Assembly: GCF_009914755.1 (NCBI RefSeq)
Contig: NC_060936.1
Source of the DNA: the human T2T-CHM13v2.0 reference genome, Homo sapiens
Strand: one strand, 5' to 3'
DNA length: 64,000 bases
In this document: one piece after another, positions 1 through 17,369 of the stretch
Position numbering within the stretch: the first letter of the stretch is position 1
How the letters are laid out: each line of letters opens with the position of its first letter
Translations under genes and position numbers: made by a program
The notes under the pieces: generated by a model
What the model was told of the DNA's origin: nothing
What the model saw: only the letters and a program-made list of their open reading frames with translations
The model's database searches: none

Positions 1-2190
1 CCCATTTTTACCACTTCTGCTCAACATAGTACCGGCAGTCCTTAGTCAGAGAAATTAGGCAAGACAAAGAAATAAAAGCCATCCAAAATGGGAAAAAAAA
101 AAGAAGTTAAATTGTCTCTCTTTGCAGACATCATGATCTTATAGCTAGAATACCCTAAAGACTCTACAAAAACTCATAGAACCAACAAATAATTTCATTA
201 GGTTTCAGGATACAAAATCAACATGCAAAATCAGTAGCATTTCTATACACTAACAACCATCTATCCAAAAAAGAAATTAAAAAAATACCATTTGAAATAT
301 CTTAAAAAACTTTAGGAATAAATTTAATCAAGGAAGTGAAAAAAACTGTACACTAAAAATCAAAACACTGATGAAAGAAATTGGAAAAAAAGCACATATA
401 AATGTAAAGATATCTCCTGTTTGTGGTTTGGAATATGTAACATTGTCAAAGTGTCCATACTACCCAAAGCTATCTAGAAATTCAATACAATTCGTATTTA
501 AGTTTCAGTGACATTTTTTATAGAAATAGGAAAAAAAAACTAAAACTTTTATAAAACCACAAAAGCCATGAATAGACAAAGCAAGCCTGAGAAAACAAAA
601 ACAAAAACAAAGCCATAGGCATCACAATACCTGATTCCAAAATCTGCCACAAGTCTATAGTAATCAAGACAGCATGGTACTGGCATAAAAATAGACACGT
701 AGACAAATGCAACAGAACAGAGAGTCCAGAAATAAATTCACACTTTCACAGTCTATTGATTTTTGACAAAGATGCCAAGATTACACAATGGGGAAAGGAC
801 AGTCTCTTCAACAAATTATGTTGGGAGAACTGGATATATACATGCAGAAGAATGAAATTAAACCCTCATGTCACACTATATTCAAAAATAAACTCAAAAT
901 TGTTAAAGACTTACATGTAAGACCTGCAAATGTAAAAACTTTTCAAAGAAACATAGGAGGAGATCTCCATGGCATTGATGAGGGCAATGATTTTTGGATA
1001 TGACCCCAAAAGCACAGGAAACACAGGTAAAAATAGACAAATGGAATTACATCAAACTAAAAATCTTCTGCACAGCCAAGGATACCATCAACAGAGTGAA
1101 GAGACAACCTACGGAATGCAAGAAAGTTTTGCAAACCATACATTTGACAAGGAATTAATATCCAAAATATATAAGGAACTCCAACAACTCAATAGTAAGA
1201 AACACATAACCTGATTAAAAATGAGCAAAGGACCTGAATAAACATTTCTCAAAACAAGAAATACAAGTGGCCAACAGATATATGAAGAAGTGTTCAACAT
1301 CACTAATCATCAGGGAAATACAAATGAAATACAAATGAAAACCACAATAAGATATCACCTCGCATGTGATAGAATGGCTGTTATAAAAAGATGAAAGATA
1401 ACAAATGTTAGTGAGCATGTGGACTTAAAAGGAATTCATACACTGTTGGTGGGAATTAGCACAGCCATTATGTAAATCAGTATAGAGGTTCTTCAATAAA
1501 TTAGAAATAGAATTACCATATGATCCAGGAATCCTACTACTGGATATATATTCAAAAGAACTGAAATCAATATATTGAAGAGATATCTGAGTTCGTATGT
1601 TTATTGCAGCATTAAATACAATACCCAAACCTTTTTATCAACCTAAGTGTCTATCCATGAATGAATGGATAAAGAAAATGTGGTATATATACAAAATAGA
1701 ATACTGTTCCAGCCTTTTAGGAGAAGAAAATCTGGTTATTTTTACAACGTGAATAAACCTAAAGGACATTATGTTAATATGAAATAAATCAGGTATAGAA
1801 AGACAAATAACACATCCCTCACTTATATGAGGAATTTTTAAAAGTTGAACTCATAGAAGCAGAGAGTAGAATGGTGATTACAAGGCTTGAAAGTGGGAGG
1901 ATTGGGAAAACGTTGGTCAAAGTATACATGATTTCAGTTAAGAGGAATAAGTTAAAGAGATCTGTTGTAGAACATGGTGACTATATTTGAAAACATTATA
2001 TTTTACACTTGAAAATTGCCACTAAATGAGTAGATTTAAGGTATTATCACCACAAAAAAAAAAACCAGAAAAATGTGAGACAATGCCTATGTCAATCAGC
2101 TTCATTTAGGCATTCCACATTGGATACATATATCAAAATATCATATCATATGCTCTAAATATATATATAACTTTTGTCAATTATTATAAC
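1..2190 (+). mobile_element. Old L1 (L1MA-type), 3' part of ORF2 plus 3' UTR, degraded; runs off the window start
   Basis: Frameshifted ORF2-like DNA (cagcatggtactggcataaaaatagacac; gggaaaggacagtctcttcaacaaat) and an L1MA-type 3' UTR (gaactcatagaagcagagagtagaatggt). Confidence 0.9.
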
Positions 2191-2469
2191 TTAAAAGAAT
2201 AGTTGATGGTGGACCTCTCCTGTTATTTACACGGATGAATTACTAGGTCAGAAAGGTTTTGCTAATGAATATTTTGATTATTAAAGCATTGGAAAAATCA
2301 TTTGCCAAATCATACTTTTTCATAATAATATCTAATTTTCTCTCTGAGAATGGAGTCTGTTTGCTTCATGACCACAGATTCTGAGAAGGAATTCTGTTTT
2401 CTATTCCTGACTCTCTCAAACCAGGATGTGTTTTTATTAGTGTGGTTTTTAAAACTGCACATGTGTTCA

Positions 2470-4790
<2,321 letters not shown>

Positions 4791-6189
4791 GAACATCATT
4801 GGTTTTACAGGTTTGATACTTGACCGTTGCAAACTTAGTTTGATAACATAAGTGAATTAATATTTAGAAAAAAAACACAGCTAATGATTTTGTGAGAAAT
4901 TCCAAAAAGCATGACTGCAGTGAGTCAAGAGATATTGAATACTGAAGTTGTTTTTTGAGTTTCTAGTAGGAAAATACCATCTTATGCCCACATACAAATT
5001 TGAGCCTCTTTAATAACACTCTGAAAACTGATTTTTTTTATTAATGCCTACTTTTCTGACTATCTATGAACTTTTCAAGGGCTGGAATTATAATTACCTT
5101 TTTCAGTAGTGCATAGAATTACCTGACATATACCAGGTACTTATTAAATATTGTTTAATTAATAAATACAATTTGTAAATTTTGGAAACAAAGATAACTT
5201 ATGATTTTAACATTCCATCTCTCTATAAGATTAATCCCTTAATATTAAAAGTCCTACCTAATAAAAAGATTGGGCTATTTCACACTTCTACTTATAAGTA
5301 ATAAATTATTCCTTTATGCTAACTTTCCAAATAATTCCTAGATAATTGTAAATCTTTTTCCTAGTCTTCATCTTCCACAATATTTGTCCCCTCACTTTTT
5401 TGATTCTGTGTTTCTAATGTTATTATTTGGCATAGAGTATTATTCTTTGCCTTGTATAACTACCCAAAGCTTAACTAACACTATGACAATACAATTTATA
5501 TCATTGCCAGCCTAAATCTTCAGACTTGGAGTATGAATAAAACACAATTTTGAGACGTTGCAACCATGTTATAATCAGAGATTTCCTGAAGAAGATATGA
5601 GCTTGAAGAGCACCCCTTCATTCCAGTCGTCTAAATTCTAAAGAAGACATTTACAGTAACGTTTATTCATACATAGATGGTCAGAAAACACCATATTACA
5701 TCCAAATGGCCTGCACAGATAAGGGGGAGCTAAAATCATGGTTGTTAATGTTGAGTTTTCAAGTCAATGTATACATTACCTAAATAAATATTTGGATTCT
5801 GACACATGCAAGTAACGGATACAATTTTCCAACTTAATCACACTTCAATGTTTAATGATGCCAAGGCTCTTGAATTGTAAATCCAATAACTAACTTACAC
5901 GGTTTTACCTTCTGTAAGTTGTTCGTTTCTGTGAGCTTTACTGTTCTACTTTTCACGTGTTTACTTTACTTATGGTTCCCTCTCATTTTTTATTCTTTCC
6001 ATCATGTTTAAATCTTATGCTTTCTCCTTGAAGAAAATTTTTCTATTTCATTATTCTATTACATTAACTTATATTGAGTCCTCCATCATTGAAGTCCTAC
6101 CACATTTATGTTTAGTACATTATAAAAGTAACTACTTGACAAAATAACTCGAGAGTCACAAAATTAAAGCATTACGAGAATGGGTTTCG

Positions 6190-6550
6190 TAGTTCTGCAG
6201 ACTTTGCCATAAAAATCAGTATTGCCACTTTCTTGATGTGTGATTGCAGATGAATTGCTTAACTTCTCTCTGTCCCAATTTCTTCAACAGAAAATTGGGG
6301 TAGTAATTGTACATACTTTGTGGCTTTTTGACAAGACCTAGGCATACTTCCTGTCACATAATGGGAGCTTATTAACCATTCACCACCAGAATATTACTAA
6401 GGGACCTTGGACGTCGACATGTCTATGTTACTATCAGCATGACCTTGAAAAAGTTACTTATTTTTGAGAATCAACATCGTTAATTCTAAATTGAAGATAA
6501 AATTATATATTTTTTTGTTTGGCTCATAAAAGTTTTGTTAGAATTAGTTC
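6190..6550 (+). mobile_element. MIR fragments (two)
   Basis: MIR core-like gtgtgattgcagatgaattgcttaacttctctctgtcccaatttcttc and catgaccttgaaaaagttactta. Confidence 0.55.
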
Positions 6551-6981
6551 ATTGAACCCCACCATTATTATCATTGCCCTGTATATTATTTTTAATTATA
6601 ATAATTTGTTAAATCTGTTGCGTTAAAGTAGGGCACAAGATGGAAAAAGATGAAGTCTTTATATATAAATTTTCACATGCCATTCTCTCAAACACAGGTT
6701 TGAAAAATAAGTAACAGGTGCTTAGTAAAGTATTAGTGATCAGGAAATAATAGACCAAAATCCGGGGATGTTGCTACCTTCTTGGATAACAGGTGTATGA
6801 GATAAGACAGGAGCAGCATGGTAGGAACAGCATTATCTTGGGATGATCAGTTCATGTTGGGTAGTCTGTCCTCAAGCGTGATTAATTAATCTACTTCATA
6901 GCTTACATATATTTTACATACATTCTCTTTTAAGTTTCAGATATTACATAAAATTCTAAAAAAAAAAAAAAAGCAGAAGTT

Positions 6982-7297
<316 letters not shown>

Positions 7298-8419
7298 TTA
7301 CTGACTAAATATTTTCCAACTAGTGTGTATATATAAAATATATGAGATATTTTACATTTGAGATTAAAAAAACACAAATCTTGAGCTCAAGAAGTATTTT
7401 TTTCTGGAAAGACTTTACAAATCCATGCTTACAGAAGATTCTAAAAATTATGTGACAACCAAGTAAGATGAAAATGTATGACACCACCCTCTTCCTTTCA
7501 GTTTACATCTGAAATTGAATTTTGTAATCGTCCTCCACTATGTACTTATTCCTATTGCTTGGTTTTACCCAGATTTTATTTCCTTGTTTATTCCCAAGGA
7601 TATAATTATACTTTTAAAAAAATTTTAACACTCACTAGCATAGTGAAAAATTACCTGAGAAGTAAGGTAACTTAATAAAAGTCAAGCTTTCTTTTTTGCA
7701 GCCACAACATATTAAAAATTGCTTTGAGTTTAAATGTAAAACTTGGCATGCAGAGGTAAACAAAGAACAAAGAAGCATGCTGTTGGAAACAGTTGTGCAT
7801 TGGCCTCTGAGGATAGAGTGTGAGGTGTAAGCTTATAGAAATTCTTTCTAGCTGGAAGTTGTATGCATTCCCTCCTGCTGTTTTATCCCCATATTTGCTT
7901 ATACACTAGACTCATTGTAAGTCTCTATTCACAGAAATTCAGTTGGGCTATAGGCTCAAACCATGACTCTTTCATATGTAGAATGTATTTTTTTTTTCTC
8001 TGACGAGCTACTTACGTCAAAATCTATAAAATAAATGAGTATTTTAAAAGTATAAAATGGCTCAGTGTAATAGGAATATAACTTCCTGAACCACATTAAA
8101 CTGTGACAAGTTGTTCAAATTTACATGTTCCTCTTCATCTCAATGACGTGCGTCTGCATAAAGTGTCTCTGAAAAACAGAAATACATCAAATAAACAGAT
8201 GTGAGAAACTGTGAGTTTGGCCAGAATGAGGAGATATCATAAGAAATATGGGCCAGATACTTAGCATTCTTCAGACACCTGAATTATGTTTTCTTTGCAT
8301 TGTGTAAAATTTCCATGTCCAGTTGATTCCTTTATGATTTAAACTTAATTAAGTAGAACATAAGAAATGTTTCAGTAGGTTTGATGCCTTTCCTTTTGTG
8401 TCTGTAAACTACATGAGGT

Positions 8420-8867
8420 CAGGAACTGTTAGCTTTCCCTCAGTCATGTTGTTGAAATACATAACCCCATAGTTTCACTGGCTTAAAAACACAAAGGTTT
8501 ATGTTTGTTAACATTATAGGTCGACTGTGGGTCGACTGAGGCTCTGCTGTACGAATCTTCATTCTGGAATCTAGACTGAAGAATCAGCCACTATTTGAGA
8601 CATTTTATTCTCATGGTGGAGAGAAAAGAGTAATGGTAAAAATCTACATGGCCTCTTGAAATTTCTTGTTGACAATGGCATGCACAACTTATGCTTACAG
8701 GCCACTGGCCCTGGTCAATAGCATGGCCAATATTGATGTCAACTGAACAGAAAATGATATATTTCTACTTGGATGTACATTGCAAGGCATATGGCAATGT
8801 GTGAGGACTATATTCCTCTTAGAGAGAGGGCGGCAAATAATTGGGAACAATAAAACCATCTGCCACA
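8420..8867 (-). mobile_element. MaLR LTR (MLT1J/K/L-like)
   Basis: tggcttaaaaacacaaaggtttat and terminal gggaacaataaaaccatctgccaca resemble a reverse-strand MLT1. Confidence 0.6.
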
Positions 8868-9354
8868 AGAACTCATTCTGATATTCACTGCCATGTGCCT
8901 CGTATCGAGGACAGTTTCCATTATTTAGTAGGTTTTTCATTTATTCTATGATTATTCCAACATTCACTTACTAAGTGTCTACTATGTAACAGATAATTAC
9001 AATAAGATAAATTAGAGGATAATTTTCACTTATATGGAAAGGAAGATTAGCATACATGAAAACAAAGGAAAAGGAATAAATGAAAAATTGCAAGAGACTA
9101 TAAGACTAGAAGAAACAATCTAGAAGAGAGTAGAAACCATGAATTGAAGAAGTTAAATAAAATCCCTGGAAAATGTTAAGTAGCATTTTTCTTGATAGAG
9201 AAGGGGAAAAGTGGAAAAGTACATTTACAGAGCCATAGAAAAAAAAACAAAGAAATAATTAAATAATTAAATTATAAACTGGAGCAAGTTCATAATTCAA
9301 TTAACATTGATAATTAGCCTTTGGCAATTTTCACCAATCACAGAATCTCAAGGT

Positions 9355-9562
9355 TAGTAGTATACTGGTAAACACTTAACAACTGGCTTTGCCAAGAGTA
9401 GGAAGGCTCATCATCTGTAACATTTGCTCTTTTCCATGGTGTAAATTCTGCTACCATCACTGATTTCAAGCTACCGACGTGCGTCAACCAGCCTTAAAAA
9501 TTCCTGAAAATTAAACAGCCTTGTCTGCCAAGCTAGTAAATGCAATGTTCAGCATGTCACTG
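9355..9562 (-). mobile_element. MER63-like hAT-Blackjack MITE
   Basis: ctggtaaacacttaacaactggct, gatttcaagctaccgacgtg, aaaattcctgaaaatt, cagcatgtcactg. Confidence 0.7.
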
Positions 9563-9983
9563 CTAAACATTCTTACAACTAAAACAAGTATCTTTATCAC
9601 TTTGAGAATATCAGCCCTGGGATATTAATTCCTCTAGATTGCCTGGAAAATAATTAGTTTTCATTTAATCCAGGAACATTTCTAAAAAGCTAAAATTACT
9701 CAGGTACTCAGTTAAATGTGCTTGATATTATTTTACTCATTGTTATGATACAGAACTCATAATATTTAGTTCTGTCCTCTGTCGTGCAGCAACTCACTAA
9801 GCTCTCCTTGTGAGTGGATTCTTGGTTAGCCCCCGATGCTGTACCTAAAGGGGCTCACAGTTCCACAGGCCAAATTTGATGTTGACCCCTAGTGGTCTCT
9901 AAAACTGTGGAATTCAGTGTCTGGGGAAGCAGTTCATATGGAGAGAAAGAAAGAGATTTTGGGGTCAAATTGGAGTTTGCTAA

Positions 9984-10675
9984 TGAAATCCTCATGTACC
10001 ATCTCTGTGACCTTGGAACAATAATTATATCTCTGAGTTTTCTGTATTTGTATTCAAATCAGTGCTGTCTCTCTGTCCGATTCTGTTCCCAGGTGACCTC
10101 AGGTAAGTTAATTAATGCTTATGGATTTTATTTACACTTAAGTATTTAATGAGAACTTTGGTACAAATGATCCTTCAGGCCTCTTACATCCTATGATTTT
10201 GTGAAAATTTAATCCAAGTCTTGGGGTCCATTTGTTGCTGTAGCATGTTATAAAAGCAGCACTCATACAGAAGCTGTGGCTTCTTTTATATAGAAAGTGA
10301 TATTTCATGCTGTATGTTTAACTTATTTTGCATATTGTCTCTCTCCTATCATTAGAATATGAGTATTATGATTTCAGGAGTTGTTGTTTTTTTGGTCACT
10401 ATGTTTCATTTTAGGTTAGAAGGCTTCCACATTTTCCACTGTCTTTCCTAGTACGACCAGTATTTTCTATCCACGTAGAAGCTCTTCAAAGTTGAGGTGT
10501 CCAGTGAAGTCCCCATGTACCATCTCTGTGACCTTGGAACTTACCTCTCTGAGTTTTCTGTAAGACAGGCCAATAACATTGTTGCTTCACCTATTAGGTA
10601 GCATAATTATCAGCTGGCATTTAGTTGTTTTCATTGTTTAACTTTAATCAAATCAGTGATGTCCCTCTGTCCAAT
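9984..10675 (+). repeat. Local dispersed direct repeat: 9984-10085 is a compressed copy of blocks from 10505-10678
   Basis: Exact 27-mer at 9993-10019 and 10514-10540, exact 17-mer tctctgagttttctgta, and a third block tcaaatcagtg(c/a)tgtc(t/c)ctctgtcc. Confidence 0.85.
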
Positions 10676-10840
10676 GTGATAGTCACTAGCCATGGATGGC
10701 TACTTAAATTTCCATTAATATGATTAAATCAAATAAAAACTATTCAGTTTGTCAAGTTGCACTACTGCATTTTCAGTGCTCAATAGCCACATCTGAGAAC
10801 ACAGATTTCCATCATTGTAGACAGTTCTATTTGACAGTGC
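10663..10840. mobile_element. MER3/MER33-like hAT-Charlie MITE
   Basis: ctgtccaatgtgatagtcactagcca, gtgctcaatagccacat, ttctatttgacagtgct. Confidence 0.7.
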
Positions 10841-11049
10841 TCCACAAGTATCCATGAAATACCATAATTCATGTAAGGCTAGCACATCAAGTCAGAAGTC
10901 TGATCTGATGTGGGGGATGGAACTTTTGACCAAAATCACAGTCTCTTTTCAGTTTTTTCTTCTAAATTCAGTATCTATGAGCTCAGGTTACATTGTGAGA
11001 AAAATCTCATCTTGCCTTCTATACTGTCCCTAGCCTCAGACATCCATAA

Positions 11050-11248
11050 CAATAAAATAGCTATTATCATTAAGAAGAACATGTGACATAATGGCTTTAA
11101 GTGCTTCTTGCAATCATTCATCATTTGCAGATGACAAAACTATGAGTCACACAAGTCACAATGCTTTTTAGTGAAATAGTCAGGCATGTGAACCAGACCG
11201 ATTGGATATGCAATCCTTTGCTTTTATCCTAGATGTCACACTGCCTCA
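11050..11248 (-). mobile_element. MIR
   Basis: catttgcagatgacaaaactatgag...cacactgcctc. Confidence 0.55.
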
Positions 11249-12019
11249 CATTCCTAGGATATGCATGCTTTCTAGGAGTAACTTTCCTATGAAAATTTTG
11301 TAATGATGAATAGTTTGTAAAGGAAGACCACAAAAAAAATCCTAATCTATACTTGTAATGGATCATAAACCTAGTATATAAAAGGTTAATGAGTATCAAT
11401 TTCTAATGAAATGTAAATAGTTTTTCTTTGGGATAAAATTAAATTTCTTATTTTTGTTTTATAATCTTAAATCTAGTATCTAATATGTTTGTATATTCTA
11501 TAATACAATAGATCTTAAGGTTATAGCTATTCGAGCTTATTAAGTAATGTATATTTGTGCTATATGTTCCTTCTTTGGTAATAGAAATATATCAAAGATT
11601 ATTTTCCTTGAAAAACAATTTTCTCAAAAATTTCCACTTTCCTAACAAGCTAAAGTCACTCTTTGAAGAAATTTCATGTAAACTGTTCCATTAATTTCAA
11701 AATATATTTTATACTAGATTCATAGGCACAACTTGTAAAAAGAGATCCATCTCAGTTGGTGGTATTTATTTTCTTCTGCAATAGAACAATGTAGGTATAA
11801 TAGAAAACCAGAAAGAAAAATATCTGTTACTTAAAGAATAATGGTAAGTTAAAACAAAAGTATTTGTTTACTTCTTATGGAAGATGAATGACATTATTTT
11901 GTTGTGTACATTCTTGCTTACTTGAAGTACCATTCTGTAAAATGATGAGTGTTTTTGGTTCATGTTTTTGCTCATGTCCAGATATAGACCATTAATCATA
12001 GTGTCCACTTGGGTAAGGA

Positions 12020-12250
12020 GCAGCATTGCAGTAGTTTAGAGCATGCATTAGATATCCAGGCTGCTTAGGTTTGGCTACTAGCTCTGACAATCTATGTGAC
12101 CTTAAGCAAGTAATGTAACTTCTCTGTGCACCATTTCCTCTGTTGTAGCATGAAAATAATAATTCTACCTTGGCTGAGTAATGAAATTAATTCATAAGAA
12201 AAAGGTTTATAATTTTATCTGGAGTAGTAGGCCCTCTGTGTTAGCAATTA
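12020..12250 (+). mobile_element. MIR
   Basis: ctatgtgaccttaagcaagtaatgtaacttctctgtgcaccatttcctc. Confidence 0.75.
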
Positions 12251-12825
12251 ACCCCTTAGAGAGGCTTATGAGAAAAAGGTAAAATATATCTATATGAATA
12301 TATAAGACAAACAATTTTTAATAGAGAACACTAATGATCGTACACTATTTTCAACAGCCTCAATGTCACAAAGCTCAGAATAAAGACGTTTAATTTTCTA
12401 TTTTTGTTTCTTTTATGTTTATACAGTAAATAGTAAATAAGCTACACAACCTAAATGTGCTCTAGAAATAAATTATTCCTCTTTACAATTAAATAGCATA
12501 AAAACGAGTGGGTATTTTCTAATATTTTATTAAAAATAAGCCAAATACATTTATATTAGTCAGCTAAAAGGATAAAGTTACTTCAATTCCTTATGCAAAT
12601 ATCTGATGAGATATTGAAGTTTACAACTAGACTTTCCTACACTAGGATCTCATAGTTATTAATTAGGAAATTATAATCATATTTGGGAGAAACCTGATAC
12701 AATAAACAATCGTAGCTAAAAGTCAGTTGCTTTGTAACTATTAAATATTTTATTGATATTTTAGGTATGAAATCTTTTAATAACATTTCTTATAAAAGTT
12801 TTTATTTTAATTTTAAATAACTGCT

Positions 12826-13455
12826 TGCATCAGTCAAGGTTTGGGCAGTGAAATAGAAACTACGCTACATACTTCAGAAGAGAATTTAATATAGTGATTA
12901 GTTTCACGTGTGGAGGACTCATAAGGCAAAAAGGAACACTGAGGTAATGCAAAGACAGAAACTATAGGAAGCAGCTACTAGCTGTAGAAAGCAGAATGAT
13001 CAGAATCTAGAAGCTTATGGGAGGGGCCAGAAAGAGCTTGCACTCAAACCTCTGAGGAAGGGTTGCTGCACTGCTTGATGCTAGTAAGTTAAGAGCTCCA
13101 AGGAAGGGCCCTAGAGGGTTGGGGCTAAAATTGATGAGATAGATAGTGTTGTCCAGCATGTGTGGATACACGTGAGAGAACACAATGAAGTTCGTTTTAA
13201 AAGTATCAAAACCTGGAACCAGCTATTGTTACCCAGGTGAAAGATCATTGCTTGGGCTATATTGACAATAGCACTAATAAATAGAAGGGAGTATATCTCT
13301 TCTCTCTACCTGTTTCAATATCCTTTCTTCTGTAGTTCCCCGCTAGTGACAAAGGGAATTGGGTGACAAAGAAAAAATGCAGTCTTCGGAGTCCCAGCCT
13401 CAGTGTCACAAAGCTCAGATTACAAGGGTAAACAAAGGCTTTATGACTGAAATAC
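12826..13455 (-). mobile_element. Old ERVL-type LTR (LTR33/LTR41-like)
   Basis: Begins tgcatcagtcaaggtttgggcagtgaaatagaaactac; purine-rich LTR-like body. Confidence 0.45.
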
Positions 13456-13538
13456 ACTTAAAAATGAGATTATTGTAAATGTAGACATTCTCAATGCTCT
13501 CAATGTATCACATTGCTCTCCTTCTCCCTGCCCTAGAA

Positions 13539-13652
13539 TAGAGTGAACAATTCCTCACCTTTTCCCTGGAACTTGCCTGGTTTTAGCACTGAAAGCTCTG
13601 ACTGCACCGAAATCCCTTTGTCCTGGGTAAATTAGGATGACTGGCCACCTTA
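13539..13652. mobile_element. MER81-like hAT-Blackjack MITE
   Basis: TIR-like ends tagagtgaac and ggccacctta; core ggttttagcactgaaag. Confidence 0.75.
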
Positions 13653-15059
13653 TCTTAGAAATTTCTAAATATGGAGAGGGAAATTGACAGATTGGGAGGA
13701 AAACAGAAAACAAATTTTGCTGTAAATAGTTCTATATACTTTCCTAGCTTTAATTTGTCATTTTTTAAAAAAAGAAGTGATAATTTGGGATTCTCTATAC
13801 ATCCACTTATCGGTAGGTTCACTCCCCCTTGTTTTTTCCACTATTCTTGTTTGTAGAGGACCACAAAGAAAACAGTGTAGGAGAATGTGCAAGAAGTAAA
13901 GTTTTAACTCTGCCCTCACTTGAGTGAAACTGCAAATTATCACTACCTGACTAATACCTGGAGTTGATTTCTTCACATACCAAAAAGCCAGACAATGACA
14001 GTCCACTGTATGGTAAAAGCCAGAACTTTAGGAACTGAACATCCCAGTCTCTAAGTTGGATTACTGTTGGAATTATTAGATTAGGCAAAATTATACTAGT
14101 TACCACATTATCCATGGATGGCTTCTCCCTTTCACTGTGCTAAAAGTTAGTTTTCCAAGAATTAGAAGTTCAGCTAGAGCATGTCAACATAAGATATTGG
14201 TATTTTCTGTGGGAACTGGCAAGATGTAATGTTCTTGCCCGCCTGGTTCATGGTGAATACTTCAGGGTGCCATCCTGTATCTGAGCTATCATTTGACCTC
14301 TCTACCAGGCATCTTATGCCATTTGAAGCAAATTACAACCGAAAAAAAAACGTTTTTTTCATAGTTAAAACTGTTTTTCACTTTTGATTTTATTTGCCTT
14401 CAGAATATTTTTAATGACATTTGAGCCTCTTAAAAGTCTGGATTTCTTACTATATTGTCAACCTCAGTTCCTACTTCTCTGCTTCTACATTCTTGGTCAT
14501 CTGGTAGTACTAGTTCAAATATTGTATTAATTAAGGTGAAAGCTAATTTAGGATAGTTATAACAAAAAGACACAAGTAAGTGCATTTCTCTCATGAAACA
14601 GTTCAGTTAGTTTTGGATAATTAGGCAGTTGTGCTTTGTGAGATCATTCAGGGAGAGATCCCTTCCATCATTTGCTCTGCCATTGGACGTCATACGCCAT
14701 CATTGGCCATTGGACTCTGGCGTGGTCCACCCTGAGCCGCGAATCATCTGCATTTTGGTCTGTACAAAAAGAAAAATGAGATGAAATCCCAGACAGTACT
14801 TTCTCTTAGAGCCAGTGAGGAAGCTGCACAAATCACTCTTCATAACATGGGAGGTCGGGATCTGTAACAGGGAGCTGGGAGGCAATTGCACTTACATATT
14901 TCAATGTCTACTCAAATAAGAGACCATGAAATTCTTAAGATGAGTGTAGAGTTTTATTCATTTATGTAGTTTCTAAATTTTGCCCATGGTAGGTGATCAC
15001 TTCCTGTTACTGAATTGATTTGAATAGACTACATGCTTGTGACAGATAATTAAGTACAG

Positions 15060-15180
15060 AGATTATAACAACCCCAATTTTACAGATGAGGCCCTGAGGC
15101 TCTAACAAAATCAAATGACTTTCTTTAAATCTAGTTCATGATGAAACTAGGAATAGAGCAACCTTTTTGATTTCTGGTAC
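15060..15180 (-). mobile_element. MIR
   Basis: ccccaattttacagatgaggccctgaggct. Confidence 0.65.
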
Positions 15181-15639
15181 AGTTTTATTAAAGTTAGTCA
15201 AGCAATGCCGTGGGTCTGCTCTGGTATGAAAATCATTAATTGAAAAACTAAACATTGTCTATTTGAATGACATTATGTTTATTGTGTATGGTGGGATTTT
15301 TTAAATATCAACATTTAAAGATATTCTTCTGCATCATTTTGCAGCTTGAAAATATGGAGAAACTTATTCTTTCCTAATTTAGCATAATCTTACAACTGCC
15401 AATTGGCCTTTTTCTAGTGAATATTGCCAGCCAGAAATAGCACACTGACACTCGAGAGTCTTGAAATTGAGGCTGTTGCTCCAATACACTATGAAAAATG
15501 CTACAAAAATAAAGACTAATTGGCTTATAATTCATAAAATGAATATACTAGAAAAACCTAAATACAACATTTGTTGGGAAGGCTATAGAGATGATGCTGA
15601 AATTTAACAGAAAAAAATTATGGAAATTCAGTGGTGATT

Positions 15640-15860
15640 GACTATAATAGGTATAAATAGTTTCTAGAATCAGTCACCCTAGCTCTACTACTTAACAGCA
15701 CCATAAATTTTGTAAAGTCACTCTTCCTTTCTAAGCCTCAGCTGCCACATTTCTAAAATAAGAATAACTCTATAAGATCAACTTTCTAAAATAATTGATT
15801 TAACACTTTTCCTAGAATGGATTAAACAAATAATAAATGATGACTATTATTACTATTATT
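15640..15860 (+). mobile_element. MIR
   Basis: aagtcactcttcctttctaagcctcagctgccacatttctaaaataagaataa. Confidence 0.6.
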
Positions 15861-17369
15861 ATAGATTTAGAGCCCTATGAGACATGACTGTAACTATAAT
15901 AAGATATTGAAGAAGCTTTGTTTAAATTAGCTAATAATTTTGAAGTTATCAATAAAAATGATTTCTAAATTTCAAGCTTTAGCATTTCTAATATGTTTCT
16001 ATTTTTTTGCCAACATACAAATAAAAATGACATAGTTTTTGAATTAGTCTACATTATGCTTAAGATAGCTAAGCAAAGCATACAAATCCAGCACACTCCA
16101 AGGGGAAAACAAGGAATTGTCAGAAGGGGTAATCACATAGCAATGTAGAAATTGGCAAACACTTCAAAAGTGCTGAAAACCAAATACATATGAGATGGCT
16201 ATTTTTAAAAAGAAGAAATATGAAAACATTTTTATAGCCAAAATTTTAAGAATAAGATAAATGAAAAAGAGAAGAGATTGAAAAACAGAGAGAAAACAGT
16301 TTTCACTGGTATATATCTGAAAATAAAGCATTTTTATTATCTACTACTTTTACCACCAAACTAATGTCAACCCTCGAGCAGTAGGTTCCTTAACAAAATA
16401 ACAGCCTGAAAGAAATTTTGACATAGAGAGAGGACAAGTTTCTTCAGATAGCTTTGAAACTTACTATTGGTTGAGTTTTTGAATGGAATAATGTTATTTC
16501 TGCAATCAGTTGAGCTAAATGAAAATTATATATCTATTTGAACCACCATAGAATTACGGGAGTTAACACTGATAAACTCTGTCACATGTAGTTTAGGGTT
16601 TAAAGGAAAGATCTCCAATGGGTTAATTATGAATACTTTATGGAAATATTTTACAAATGTAGTTTGTAATTACAGATTTGAGATGACACTCAGAAAGCTG
16701 GATCCAAAGTTAAAGAGAAGTGTAGACATGAAGCCCCCATAATTATTTCTTCTTAAAACTTGAATTGCATTTTATGCCATTTCAGTCTGTCATGTGAATG
16801 TCTCTGTGATTACATTTTCATCTTTTTAATATATGAATGAAATAACATGAATTTAATTAATTTTCATATTAGTTGCATTTGTGATTTTTGAATAAAATCT
16901 AAAAACAGACATATCAGAACCAGGTTTTCTTTAAATGTAAATATTCTAATTAAAACATATTTGAACCTATTATCGTTTACTTCTGTCTAGAATAGGAAAA
17001 TAATCTAGTAAAAAAAGGGAAATGTAAATTAAGAATAAATTGTTCTGTGTTTCAGTGAAACTTCATTTCATTCCAAAAGAGGGATTGTGTTCATATGCAA
17101 TCTTTCATAGGCTTATATACATTTTTATTAATTTTTTTCTTATATCACTAATTCATTTCACCCTTTACTGATAAGTTATTGCCTAGTTGTTCAAGAACAA
17201 ATCTTGAAACATATTATGCAAAGGAAACAAACAATATGATTCGATCACATAGAATACAAAATCTGAAAGATGGATTATATGAGCATTCTTCAGTTAATTA
17301 ATTAGTTTGCACTTTGACCCTTAAAAATTTAAAGTAGGTGTTGAAAATATTAAATAGTTTTAAATCAAT

